From Candidatus Roizmanbacteria bacterium (GTDB lineage Bacteria > Patescibacteriota > Microgenomatia > UBA1406 > GWC2-37-13), in the NCBI GenBank assembly GCA_016201695.1, contig JACQCK010000044.1:27-64026 (forward strand): a DNA stretch of 64,000 nt, written 5' to 3'. Both the position numbers and the translations under genes were made by a program. This document shows positions 21,948 through 31,699 of the stretch, in pieces. The notes under the pieces are model-generated. The model ran no database searches. It had not been told where the DNA came from and saw nothing but the letters and a program-made list of their open reading frames with translations. Position 1 is the first letter of the stretch. Each line of letters starts with the position of its first letter.

Positions 21948-22302
21948 TGCCTATTAATTTTAATAACGCTTCCCAAGGGAGAAGTGCGCACTTCAAGCGG
22001 TTCGGACTTAGCTCGATACCAAGCATTTTCAGCATATCGTTTTTGGTCAGGCCAAGTAACGGCTTAAGTCGACGGCGATGGGCCTTTTCCGTCAGCATCG
22101 ACGCCGCGGCGGTGGAAATAGCACAGCCTTCGCCGGAAAACCGTACTTCCCAAAGAATCCTTTTCTTAATCAGCGCTTCCAGACAAATGACGTCACCGCA
22201 TAACGGATTGGCAACGGTGACGCGATCGGTCGCCGCGGCCAAACGGCCGTAATTTCGCGGGTGACGGTAGTGTTCAAGGATATTTTCCTGATAAATCGAC
22301 AT
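21934..22302 (-). CDS. sufU: SufU/NifU-type scaffold or sulfur-transfer protein
   Basis: NPLCGD, GCAIS, RLKCALL. Confidence 0.88.
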   Translation of the reverse strand: MSIYQENILEHYRHPRNYGRLAAATDRVTVANPLCGDVICLEALIKKRILWEVRFSGEGCAISTAAASMLTEKAHRRRLKPLLGLTKNDMLKMLGIELSPNRLKCALLPWEALLKLIGNGKY

Positions 22303-22309
22303 ACTCTTT

Positions 22310-23530
22310 TTATTTTAATATGCGCTTTGCCTTTTGCAAACCTTTTATTAAGGCGTCGACGTCGCCAGAATGATTGTAGAGATAAAAACTGGCCCGGGCC
22401 GAGGCGGCCACACCCAGTCTGCGGTGAAGCGGCATCGCGCAGTGGTGGCCGGCGCGAATCGCGATGTTTACTTCATCGAGAATCTGGGCTAAGTCGTGCG
22501 GATGAGTTCTTTTCAATGAAAACGAAAGTATTCCGGTACGATTTTCCCTGGGCCCCAACAAAACAAAATCCTCACCGAACGCTCGCTCCAGCTGGTCAAC
22601 TGCGTATTTCACCAACTCCGTCTCGTGTTTTTCAATCGATTCGAGACCTATTTTTTGCAGATAGACAACGGCTTCCTGCAAGGCGATTACGCCGGCAATG
22701 TGCGGCGTTCCCGCTTCAAATTTGTGCGGCGGCTGTTTAAATGTCGTTTTTTCGATACCGACCTCTTCGATCATTTCCCCGCCGTACTGGAATGGCCGCA
22801 TCGAAGTCAGCAAAGCGCGCTTTCCCCACAACACCCCGACTCCGGTTGGCCCGAGCATTTTATGCGAGGAGAAGGCCAAAAAATCGGCGCCGATCGCCGA
22901 AACATTGACTAAGCGGTGCGGTACCGCCTGCGCCGCGTCAACAACGACCACTATCCGGGGATTGATCTTTTTCGCCCGGGCGATAATTTTTTTAAGGGGA
23001 TTAACTACTCCCAGTACGTTGGAAACGTAGGTCACGGCCAGAATTTTAGTTCGTTTGGTGATAACTTCGTCAAGCGTCACGGCACTTTGCAGCTTGCCTT
23101 CCTTATCAACGTCAAGCACTTTAAATACTCCCCCGTTTTCAATCGCAAGCTGCTGCCACGGCACGAAGTTTGAGTGGTGTTCCATGATAGTTGTCACAAT
23201 TTCATCGCCTTTGCCGATGAGCCGACGGCCCAGACCGGACGCCACCAGGTTCAACGACTCGGTGGTATTGCGGGTAAAAACGACTTCCGACGCCTCTGCC
23301 CCGATAAAAGCCGCGATCAGCTTACGAGTTTTTTCATACTCAACCGTTGCTCTCTCGGATATTTTGTAAATGCCGCGGAAAACGTTGGCGCTGTACTCTT
23401 TATAATATTCATTGAGTTTATCGATGACCGTCTGCGGTTTTAAGGCCGTCGCGGTAGAATCCAGGTAAATAAGACTGGGATTCTTAGCGAATAAAGGAAA
23501 GTCTTTTTTGATGGCGCTAACGTCGAGCAT
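22310..23530 (-). CDS. sufS: Cysteine desulfurase
   Basis: MEHHSNFVPWQ, SSHKMLGPTG, RAGHHCA. Confidence 0.93.
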   Translation of the reverse strand: MLDVSAIKKDFPLFAKNPSLIYLDSTATALKPQTVIDKLNEYYKEYSANVFRGIYKISERATVEYEKTRKLIAAFIGAEASEVVFTRNTTESLNLVASGLGRRLIGKGDEIVTTIMEHHSNFVPWQQLAIENGGVFKVLDVDKEGKLQSAVTLDEVITKRTKILAVTYVSNVLGVVNPLKKIIARAKKINPRIVVVVDAAQAVPHRLVNVSAIGADFLAFSSHKMLGPTGVGVLWGKRALLTSMRPFQYGGEMIEEVGIEKTTFKQPPHKFEAGTPHIAGVIALQEAVVYLQKIGLESIEKHETELVKYAVDQLERAFGEDFVLLGPRENRTGILSFSLKRTHPHDLAQILDEVNIAIRAGHHCAMPLHRRLGVAASARASFYLYNHSGDVDALIKGLQKAKRILK

Positions 23531-23534
23531 AATT

Positions 23535-24128
23535 TTAAAAGTGAAGTATACTCTTTTTTAACTTATCTGTCTGTGACCCAAATCCTCGCCGTTCAATTTC
23601 GTCAAAAACATGGGTAATAAAGCCTGCGACTAGTAACCGCTTTGCCACCGGTTCTTGCAGGCCGCGCGACTTTAAATAAAACAGTTGCTCTTCGTTGAGA
23701 CGGCCGGTTGTTGATCCGTGAGTGCAAAAGACGTCGTTGGCTAAAATTTCAAGAAATGGCATCGACTCGACAAAGACTTGCGGTGAAAGAATCAGGTTTT
23801 GATTTTTCTGATAGGCGTGGCTTTTTTGGGCGGATTTTTCGATACGGATCAGGCCTTGGTAATGGAACTTGGCGCGGTCGTCAAAGACGCCCTTGATAAG
23901 AAGGTTTGAGGTCGTCTCCGGCGCCAGGTGGTGCTGGACGGTTTTGATCATAAAATTATCGTCTTTGGCACCGGTATAGACGCCGAAAATCATGACGTTT
24001 ACCTGACGGGCGACGAGTTCAACGGTAATTTGCCCGGATAAGTTATGCATAAAGACGACAAAATCTCCCGGCCGACTAAAGACCAGTTTTTCCCGTTTTT
24101 CCCGATTAAGATCGATAAAGTTTGTCAT
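23535..24128 (-). CDS. sufD: SufD-like protein (short)
   Basis: PFLEILANDVFCTHGST, FYLKSRG; position in the operon. Confidence 0.8.
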   Translation of the reverse strand: MTNFIDLNREKREKLVFSRPGDFVVFMHNLSGQITVELVARQVNVMIFGVYTGAKDDNFMIKTVQHHLAPETTSNLLIKGVFDDRAKFHYQGLIRIEKSAQKSHAYQKNQNLILSPQVFVESMPFLEILANDVFCTHGSTTGRLNEEQLFYLKSRGLQEPVAKRLLVAGFITHVFDEIERRGFGSQTDKLKKSILHF

Positions 24129-24132
24129 ACGA

Positions 24133-25533
24133 CTAGCCGACGCTGCCGGACATTTCCAAATTAATGAGGCGGTTTAGCTCGATTGAGTACTCCATGGGAA
24201 TTTCTTTGGTAACCGGAGCAATAAACCCGTTTACCAAGAGTCCCTCCGCTTCACTTTTTTTAAGGCCGCGGGACAACAGGTAAAATAATTTTTCTTCGCC
24301 TAATTTTTCGACCGTCGCCTCGTGCTGGACGGCGACTTCGTTTTCCTTAATTTTCATATACGGATATGTGTCCGACCGTGACGCTTCATCAAGAATAAGA
24401 GCGTCACAAGAAACATAAACCGAAGAGTTCTTGGCGCCGGGCATAACCTGCACCAGGCCGCGATAGGAGGTACGACCACCGTCTTTGGCGATAGACTTGG
24501 AGACAATGCGGGAAGAGGTGTTTGGGGCAAAATGGAGCATTTTGGCGCCGGCGTCCTGGTGTTGGCCGCGGCCGGCAAAGGCAATAGAAAGCACCTCGCC
24601 CCGGGCTCCTCTACCCATCAGGTAGACGCTCGGATATTTCATCGTTACTTGACTGCCCAAATTACAGTCGACCCATTCCATGATCGCATTTTCTTCGGCA
24701 CGCGCGCGCTTAGTAACCAGATTGTAGACATTTTTACTCCAGTTTTGTACCGTCGTGTAACGTACTCTGGCTCCTTTTTTGACAATAATTTCGACAACCG
24801 CCGCGTGGAGTGAATCGGTGGTATAAATCGGCGCCGTACATCCTTCGACATAATGAATATGACTACCTTCTTCGGCGATAATTAACGTTCTTTCAAACTG
24901 CCCGAACTTTTCGTCGTTGATCCGAAAGTACGCCTGTAAAGGCAAGGTGACGGTTACTCCCTTTGGCACATAGACAAACGATCCGCCGGACCAGACGGCC
25001 GAGTTTAGCGCGGCGAACGCATTGTCGGGCGGCGGAATAAGTTTACCGAAGTACTCCCTGACGATATCGGGGAATTTACGAACGGCCGTATCCATATCAC
25101 AAAAAATAACCCCTTGTTTATCGAGCTCACGGTTGATGCTCTCGTAGACCACTTCGCTTTCATACTGGGCGCTGACACCTGCCAGAAATTTCTTTTCCGC
25201 TTCGGGCACACCGATACGGTCATATGTTTCTTTTATTTCCGCCGGCAGATCCGCCCACGAGTTAACCTGTTTGTCGGTGGGTTTGATATAGTAATAAATA
25301 TCGTTAAAGTCGATTTTTGAAAGATCGGCTCCCCAAACCGGTATGGTTTTTCTGGTAAAAATGTCATACGACTTAAGCCGAAACTCGGTCATCCAGGCCG
25401 GTTCGTTTTTAAGGGCGGAAATTTCGGCGACTATTCTCCGATTCAACCCCTTTTTTGCTTTAAAGGTATAGTTTTGCGGCATGGCAAAACCATAGCGGTA
25501 GTCGAAGTCAAGATTATTTTGAGGATTAGACAT
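24133..25533 (-). CDS. sufB: Fe-S cluster assembly protein SufB
   Basis: GQFERTLII, YVEGCTAP, QNWSKNVYNLVTKR. Confidence 0.95.
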   Translation of the reverse strand: MSNPQNNLDFDYRYGFAMPQNYTFKAKKGLNRRIVAEISALKNEPAWMTEFRLKSYDIFTRKTIPVWGADLSKIDFNDIYYYIKPTDKQVNSWADLPAEIKETYDRIGVPEAEKKFLAGVSAQYESEVVYESINRELDKQGVIFCDMDTAVRKFPDIVREYFGKLIPPPDNAFAALNSAVWSGGSFVYVPKGVTVTLPLQAYFRINDEKFGQFERTLIIAEEGSHIHYVEGCTAPIYTTDSLHAAVVEIIVKKGARVRYTTVQNWSKNVYNLVTKRARAEENAIMEWVDCNLGSQVTMKYPSVYLMGRGARGEVLSIAFAGRGQHQDAGAKMLHFAPNTSSRIVSKSIAKDGGRTSYRGLVQVMPGAKNSSVYVSCDALILDEASRSDTYPYMKIKENEVAVQHEATVEKLGEEKLFYLLSRGLKKSEAEGLLVNGFIAPVTKEIPMEYSIELNRLINLEMSGSVG

Positions 25534-25541
25534 GGACGATT

Positions 25542-26258
25542 TTACGAGTTAATAACGTCTTCATAACCTTTTTTTTCAATGAGCTTTGCCAGTTTGCCGT
25601 CGCCGACTTTCCGCAGTTTGCCGTCAGCAAGCACCAGCACTTTATCGGGTTTTAGATATTTGAGAATCCGCTGGTAATGAGTAATAATAATATAGGTTTT
25701 TTGGCCTTTAGTTTTGTCCAGAAACTGGGCGATAGTTTTTAAAGCATCGATATCAACGCCGGTATCGACCTCGTCAAAAATAATTATTTCCTTGTCCAAA
25801 ACAGCCGCCTGCAGAACTTCCATTTTCTTTTTTTCTCCGCCTGACGCGCCGTCGTTTAACGAACGGGTAAGCAGTTCTTCTTTGATCTTAAGAGCCTTGG
25901 CGTATTTTTGGACTGTCCGGCGAAGGGTCAGCGGATCTTTTTTTCCGGCGAGCGCAAGTTGCAGCAGCTGATTAATGCGCACGCCTGACAGCGATAACGG
26001 CGTTTGAAAAGACAAAAAAATACCTTTTTCGGCCCGTTTTTCCGGTGGCAAAGAAAGAATGTCCTCATTTTTCAGCCGCAGACTACCGCTTGCAACCTCG
26101 TAGGCCGGGTGGCCCATGAGTGTGTAGGCGAGCGTTGACTTGCCAGAACCGTTCGGTCCCATAATGGCGTAGATCTTGCCTTTGGCAAACTCAAACGAAA
26201 TCTTCTTAAGAATTTCTTTGTTTCCGACCTTAACGGTTAAATTGTTTAGGCTTAGCAT
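25542..26258 (-). CDS. sufC: Fe-S assembly ABC ATPase SufC
   Basis: GPNGSGKST, SGGEKKKMEVLQ, DEVDTGVDID. Confidence 0.93.
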   Translation of the reverse strand: MLSLNNLTVKVGNKEILKKISFEFAKGKIYAIMGPNGSGKSTLAYTLMGHPAYEVASGSLRLKNEDILSLPPEKRAEKGIFLSFQTPLSLSGVRINQLLQLALAGKKDPLTLRRTVQKYAKALKIKEELLTRSLNDGASGGEKKKMEVLQAAVLDKEIIIFDEVDTGVDIDALKTIAQFLDKTKGQKTYIIITHYQRILKYLKPDKVLVLADGKLRKVGDGKLAKLIEKKGYEDVINS

Positions 26259-26260
26259 TT

Positions 26261-26659
26261 TTATTTAAATAAATCGGCGAGTGTCCATCGTTTAAGTTCG
26301 GTGTTTAAGATCGCGTTTAATTTATTTCTAAAAAAGAACTTATGGACGCAACTACTTTCAAACCGGCAGACATATCCGTGCTCTTCGCACTTGACGAGAT
26401 TCAGACGGCGTTCAAACATTTTGATGAAGTCAAGAAGGGTTACTCGCTTTAGATCTACTGCCAACTTGTATCCGCCGATCTTGCCTTCCCGACTCGCGAG
26501 GACGCCATGTTTTACCAGGTCCGAGGCAATACGGGCGATAAACCGTTGCGGCAGTTGTGTTTCCTCAACCAGCTGCGACAAAGGAACGTAATCATTTTTT
26601 TTGGAAAGTTCGGCGACTAATAATAATCCGTAGTCGACTTTATTATTCAGCGTAAACAT
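26261..26659 (-). CDS. Rrf2 family regulator (IscR-like, three Cys)
   Basis: SREGKIGGYKL wing; C-x6-C-x5-C; heads the suf operon. Confidence 0.85.
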   Translation of the reverse strand: MFTLNNKVDYGLLLVAELSKKNDYVPLSQLVEETQLPQRFIARIASDLVKHGVLASREGKIGGYKLAVDLKRVTLLDFIKMFERRLNLVKCEEHGYVCRFESSCVHKFFFRNKLNAILNTELKRWTLADLFK

Positions 26660-26700
26660 ATACTATTTAAGTAGCAGTTTAACGAAAGCCGGTTGATAAA

Positions 26701-27753
26701 TCAAGCGAAGCTCAAGCGAGGGATACGATCAAGCAAATTAAGATCGGCGAACACGTTGGCTTGGGCTTTGTAATAAGCGGCGACCCCGATCATTGCGGCG
26801 TTATCCCCGGTCAGAAAAGGGTACGGCGGAAAAAATATCCGGCCGTTTACTTTTTTCGCCAGTGCGCGAAGCTGCGAGCGAAGACGGTGATTGGCGGACA
26901 CACCGCCGCCGACCACGATATTTTTTACCCCGGTCTGCTCAACGGCAAGAACCATTTTGGCTAAAACGACGGCGAGCACCGCTTGCTGAAAAGAACTCGC
27001 GAGCTCCCTTACTTTTTTTGTTTTTTCTTCGTCCGGCAAGGATTTAAAAAAATAATAAAAAGCAGTTTTTAGCCCGGAAAACGAGAACTCAAGAGTGTTG
27101 GTACCGATCATCGGCCGCGGAAATTTATAGTCGTCCTTGTCCCCCGCCTCTTTGGCTAATTTTTCGATCGCCGGCCCACCCGGATAACCAAAGCCAAGTA
27201 GTCTGGCGGCTTTATCAATTGCTTCTCCGGCGGCGTCGTCGCGAGTCTCGCCTAATTTTTTATAACGCAGATGATCTTCGAAAAGGACGATTTCGCTGTG
27301 GCCGCCCGACAGAAGCAGAGCCAAGTAGGGAAACTGAAATTCGCCGGCCGGCTTCCCCCGGCTGTTTTGAACAAAACAAGAATAGATATGGCCTTCCATG
27401 TGATTGACGCTGATCAATTTTTTTTCGTATTTTATTGCCAGCTCTTTCGCTTTTTTTATCCCCACCTCAAGGGCAATTGCCAAGCCGGGGCCATGAGTAA
27501 CGGCAATATAATCTATTTTCTTAAGCAACTCGCCGCCCTGCGGCTTAATATAACGCGCCGCTTTGCGGCAGACTTCGGCGACGACAAAATCAATCCGTTC
27601 TTCGTGTGCCCGTTTGGCAATCGAGGGAACGATCCCTCCCCATTCGCGATGCTGCAAAATCTGGGTGTAGCTTATATACGACAGGATTTTTCGCCCGCTG
27701 GTAATTGCGGCCGCCGTTTCATCGGCCGAAGTATCGATAGCAAGGATATACAT
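26701..27753 (-). CDS. tsaD: tRNA t6A N6-threonylcarbamoyltransferase
   Basis: VNHMEGH, SGGHS, DDAAGEAIDK, FSFSGLKT, DNAAMI. Confidence 0.95.
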   Translation of the reverse strand: MYILAIDTSADETAAAITSGRKILSYISYTQILQHREWGGIVPSIAKRAHEERIDFVVAEVCRKAARYIKPQGGELLKKIDYIAVTHGPGLAIALEVGIKKAKELAIKYEKKLISVNHMEGHIYSCFVQNSRGKPAGEFQFPYLALLLSGGHSEIVLFEDHLRYKKLGETRDDAAGEAIDKAARLLGFGYPGGPAIEKLAKEAGDKDDYKFPRPMIGTNTLEFSFSGLKTAFYYFFKSLPDEEKTKKVRELASSFQQAVLAVVLAKMVLAVEQTGVKNIVVGGGVSANHRLRSQLRALAKKVNGRIFFPPYPFLTGDNAAMIGVAAYYKAQANVFADLNLLDRIPRLSFA

Positions 27754-27768
27754 TTTAAAATAAACTGA

Positions 27769-28830
27769 TTAATATCCAATCGTTATCTCTCTCTCATTTT
27801 CACGGCAATACTTCATTTCAACCATAATTATTTTGGCACTTTTCTTCAACCCGGCGGCAATCGCCCGGGCTCGTTCTCCCCACTCAAACAGGAGAATATT
27901 GCCCGGCACAAGATATCTCTCAAACTGTAGCTGTCGGAATTCGGACGGATCTTCCAGGTTATACAAATCGGCGTGGACAAACTTTTTTTTGCCCGGCAGA
28001 TCATATTCATAGTACATAACGTATGTCGGCGAGATAATCTTTCTGATCGCGAATAACTCACCGATCCCTTTTGCGAATACCGTTTTGCCAACGCCCATTT
28101 CGCCTTTAAGAATAAAAACCAACGGCGTCTGCTGATCGTGACTAATCTTCCGGAAGATGTACCGGGCGATTTTCTTTGTCTCGGCCGGGCTAGCCGACCG
28201 AAATACTTTGCTTGCCGACACCAAAATGTCGCCTTTTCGCAGCAGCTTAATTTCAGGGGCGGTCAGATCAATGACCGTCGACGGTTTGTGGCGCGGTAAT
28301 TTTCCGGCGTCAATCACAAGATCAATCAGGTCTTTCTTTACCTGCGGGAGCGTCCCAAGTAACGATGCAACGCTATAATGTGGCGGCTGGCCGGCAAGAT
28401 TGGCTGACGTCGCCGTTACCGGAACCCCGTGCTGTTTAACCAATGCCACAATAAAAGCATCGTCAGGAATCCTTAGACCAAGCGTTTGTTTTTCCGACTC
28501 AAGAAGAACCGAAACTTTATGTTTGCTTTTCAAAATGACGGTAAAAGGCCCGGGCAGCAGTTCAGTTATAATTTTCCGTTGACGGTCGGAAAGAACGGCA
28601 TACTCTTCCATCATTTTAAAGTCAGCAACAAACACGGAAATCGCTTTCCCCGGGGGGCGATTTTTAAAGCGGATCAATTTTTCGACTCCTTTTTGTTGCG
28701 CCGCCGTAACCAACAGCCCATACACCGTATCCGATGGCGCCACGACCAACCCGTTGCCCTTAAGAGCTTTGACGATGTCGCTTATTTGTATTTTGTCAAT
28801 GGGAATGATTTGCATGCTATTTTTAGTCAC
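27769..28830 (-). CDS. Fused TsaC (YrdC) and TsaE (YjeE ATPase)
   Basis: N-half PSDTVYGL, PGPFTVIL, TATSAN, PSTVID; C-half GEMGVGKT, SPTY, HADLY, EWGE. Confidence 0.88.
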   Translation of the reverse strand: MTKNSMQIIPIDKIQISDIVKALKGNGLVVAPSDTVYGLLVTAAQQKGVEKLIRFKNRPPGKAISVFVADFKMMEEYAVLSDRQRKIITELLPGPFTVILKSKHKVSVLLESEKQTLGLRIPDDAFIVALVKQHGVPVTATSANLAGQPPHYSVASLLGTLPQVKKDLIDLVIDAGKLPRHKPSTVIDLTAPEIKLLRKGDILVSASKVFRSASPAETKKIARYIFRKISHDQQTPLVFILKGEMGVGKTVFAKGIGELFAIRKIISPTYVMYYEYDLPGKKKFVHADLYNLEDPSEFRQLQFERYLVPGNILLFEWGERARAIAAGLKKSAKIIMVEMKYCRENEREITIGY

Positions 28831-28860
28831 ATTTTATCAAAAAATTTGCTAAAATGAGGT

Positions 28861-30744
28861 ATGGTAGCGGCGAAAAACGGGAAAAAGAACGGTTCCAGAA
28901 ACATCAAAAAACTGGCTGCCTTTAATTTCAGTTTTAACGTCAAAACACTTTTCATCCTTTTGTTCGCCGGTCTCTTTCTCCTTTATGCCTTCGGCTCGCT
29001 GAATCACGAATTCGGCAAAGCCTTTCCGGAAAAACCGCTGACAACCATTGTCAAAGACATAAAAGAAGGTAAAGTCGGCAAAGTCGAAGTCGTCGACAAC
29101 AAAATTCTTACTTTTTATAAAAACGACCAGCTGGCCGTATCATACAAAGAACCAAGCGACAGCTTTATGAAAACGCTTCGCGATAACGGCATTGATCCTT
29201 CATCAATAAACGTGGTTATCCGCGACACCCAGGGCTCGTCCGGGTTTTTAAATCTGATTGCCAACATTATTCCGACACTGCTCATGGTCGCGTTTTTTAT
29301 ATTTTTGTTCCGTCAGGCCCGCGGCGCTCAAGACTCGGTTTTTTCCTTCGGTCAGGCCAAGGTCAAACGATTCAACAAAGATCTTCCCCATACCACTTTT
29401 GCCGACGTGGCCGGAGTCGAAGAGGCAAAAAAAGAACTCGAAGAAGTGGTTGATTTTTTAAAAAACGCGGAAAAATATAAGAAACTGGGCGCGCGTATTC
29501 CCAAAGGAGTAATTCTCATCGGCCCTTCCGGATCGGGCAAAACGCTTTTGGCTAAAGCCGTCGCCGGTGAAGCAAACGTGCCGTTTTTTTCAATCGCCGG
29601 CTCCGAGTTTATGGAGATGCTCGTTGGCATCGGCGCGGCCAGAGTGCGCGATCTTTTTAACACCGCCAAAAAAAGTTCACCGGCCATTATTTTTATCGAT
29701 GAAATTGACGCGATCGGGAGAGCCCGGGCAACCGGCATCATGCCTTCGCACGACGAACGCGAACAGACCCTGAATCAGATTCTCGTTGAGATGGACGGAT
29801 TTACTCCCTCCGAACAGGTGATTGTTATTGCCGCCACCAACCGCGGCGACCTGTTGGACACCGCCCTGCTTCGCCCCGGCCGTTTTGACCGGCGGGTGAT
29901 TGTCGACTACCCGGATATTGAAGGCCGAAAATCGATTATTAAAATCCATGCCCGCGGCAAACCTTTTGCCGACGATGTCGATTGGGAGAAAGTAGCCAAA
30001 CGAACCGTCGGCTTTTCCGGCGCCGACCTCGAAAATATGCTTAACGAAGCAGCCATTTATGCCGCCCGTCACGATCGCGATAAGATCACCATGTCCGATC
30101 TTGAAGAAGCGGCTACCAAAGTAAAACTTGGGCCAGAAAAAAAACGTCTGCAAAGTGATCTTGACAAAAAACTTACCGCCTATCATGAAGCCGGACACGC
30201 CATTGTTTCTCACTTTCTACCCCACACCGACCCGGTCCACCGCATCTCCATCGTCTCGCGCGGCATGGCGCTTGGCTTTACTCTCATTCCGCCGGCCAAA
30301 GATAAGCTACACGAAACTAAAACGCATCTCTTGGAACAGATCGCGGTCATGATGGGCGGACGCGCCGCCGAAGAACTGGTTTTTAACGAAACCACAACCG
30401 GCGCGGCCAATGATTTTGATCAGGCAACCAGGATTGCCAAGGCGATGGTCGTTGAGTATGGCATGAGTCCGCTTGGCCCGATTAATTTTGGCCCGACCAT
30501 GGACATTACGGAATGGGGCAAATCATACTGGGAGCAAAACACCGTTTCCCAGGAAATGCTTTCCAAGATCGACGAAGAAGTGAAAAAAATCATAAACAAC
30601 AGCTTTGAACTGGCCATAAAAACCTTAAAATCAAACCGAAAGTATCTTGATAAAATCGCCGACGAGCTCGTCAAAAAAGAAGGACTCGATCAGGAAGAGT
30701 TCGAAAAGATTGCGGGACAAAAAAAGAATTCGGCCAAAGCCTAG
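28861..30744 (+). CDS. ftsH: ATP-dependent zinc metalloprotease FtsH
   Basis: Two TM helices, [27 protein letters not shown]. Confidence 0.96.
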   Translation: MVAAKNGKKNGSRNIKKLAAFNFSFNVKTLFILLFAGLFLLYAFGSLNHEFGKAFPEKPLTTIVKDIKEGKVGKVEVVDNKILTFYKNDQLAVSYKEPSDSFMKTLRDNGIDPSSINVVIRDTQGSSGFLNLIANIIPTLLMVAFFIFLFRQARGAQDSVFSFGQAKVKRFNKDLPHTTFADVAGVEEAKKELEEVVDFLKNAEKYKKLGARIPKGVILIGPSGSGKTLLAKAVAGEANVPFFSIAGSEFMEMLVGIGAARVRDLFNTAKKSSPAIIFIDEIDAIGRARATGIMPSHDEREQTLNQILVEMDGFTPSEQVIVIAATNRGDLLDTALLRPGRFDRRVIVDYPDIEGRKSIIKIHARGKPFADDVDWEKVAKRTVGFSGADLENMLNEAAIYAARHDRDKITMSDLEEAATKVKLGPEKKRLQSDLDKKLTAYHEAGHAIVSHFLPHTDPVHRISIVSRGMALGFTLIPPAKDKLHETKTHLLEQIAVMMGGRAAEELVFNETTTGAANDFDQATRIAKAMVVEYGMSPLGPINFGPTMDITEWGKSYWEQNTVSQEMLSKIDEEVKKIINNSFELAIKTLKSNRKYLDKIADELVKKEGLDQEEFEKIAGQKKNSAKA

Positions 30745-30750
30745 ACTTTC

Positions 30751-31674
30751 ATGAAAACGATGCTTTTAATTGACGCCTACGCCATTATTCATCGTGCTTT
30801 TTACGCCATGCCTTCTTTTTCGACAAAAGACGGGACTCCAACCAACGCCGTCTACGGATTCTTGACCATGCTTGTAAAGTCCATTCAGGACTATCAACCC
30901 GACTATATTATCGTCTGCTTCGATACCCCAAAACCAACCTTTCGAAAAAAACTCTTTCCGCAGTACCAGACGCAACGGCCGAAAACCGACGATCAATTGA
31001 AAATTCAGGTGCCCCTCATCCGTACGCTCCTTGACAAAGGCGGAATTGCCCGGGCGGAAAAGGAAGGATATGAGGCCGACGACGTCATTGGCACGCTTGC
31101 CGCCAAATATAAGAATCAGATGCGTATCCTCATTCTGACCGGTGATAAAGATATGTTTCAACTCGTCGACCAAAATGTATATATTATTACTCCCAAAGTC
31201 GGCCTAAGTACGGTCGTCATGTATGACCGAAGCGGGGTCATCGAGAAACTGGGCGTTCCTCCGGAGCAAATCCCCGACTATAAAGCGCTCGTTGGTGACC
31301 AGTCCGACAACTACAAGGGCGCCAAAGGCATCGGACCCAAAACCGCCATTAAGCTTCTTAACGACTATCAAACCAGCGAAAAGATTGTACAAAACGCCGC
31401 CGCTATCAAAAATGAGAAGGTACGGCATCTAATTGAGTCGAACCGCGCCGAAATTGAGCTTTCAAAAAAATTGGCGACGATTATTACCGATATCCCGTTC
31501 GATATGAGTCTGGCCGATTGTTCGTTTTCCGCCTTCAAACCCGGCCTTAAGGACTTTTTGATCGATCTTCAGTTTAACTCTCTTACCAAGCGTATTTTTC
31601 CGCCAAAAGCCACCGGTCCGGTAAGCAAATCGGACGGTAAAAAAGAGAAACATCAGCTGGATTTATTTTCCTGA
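30751..31674 (+). CDS. Stand-alone 5'-3' exonuclease/flap endonuclease (Pol I N-terminal domain)
   Basis: PTNAVYGF, YEADDVIG, GDKD, GDQSDN, GIGPKTA; no polymerase domain; ends QLDLFS. Confidence 0.9.
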   Translation: MKTMLLIDAYAIIHRAFYAMPSFSTKDGTPTNAVYGFLTMLVKSIQDYQPDYIIVCFDTPKPTFRKKLFPQYQTQRPKTDDQLKIQVPLIRTLLDKGGIARAEKEGYEADDVIGTLAAKYKNQMRILILTGDKDMFQLVDQNVYIITPKVGLSTVVMYDRSGVIEKLGVPPEQIPDYKALVGDQSDNYKGAKGIGPKTAIKLLNDYQTSEKIVQNAAAIKNEKVRHLIESNRAEIELSKKLATIITDIPFDMSLADCSFSAFKPGLKDFLIDLQFNSLTKRIFPPKATGPVSKSDGKKEKHQLDLFS

Positions 31675-31699
31675 TTTTGCTATCATTTGCGAGTAGTAT

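Noticed and set aside
16629..30674. Many 60-180 aa antisense or alternate-frame ORFs within lon, OFOR, suf, tsaD and ftsH
   Set aside because: Nested in well-supported genes with no motifs of their own
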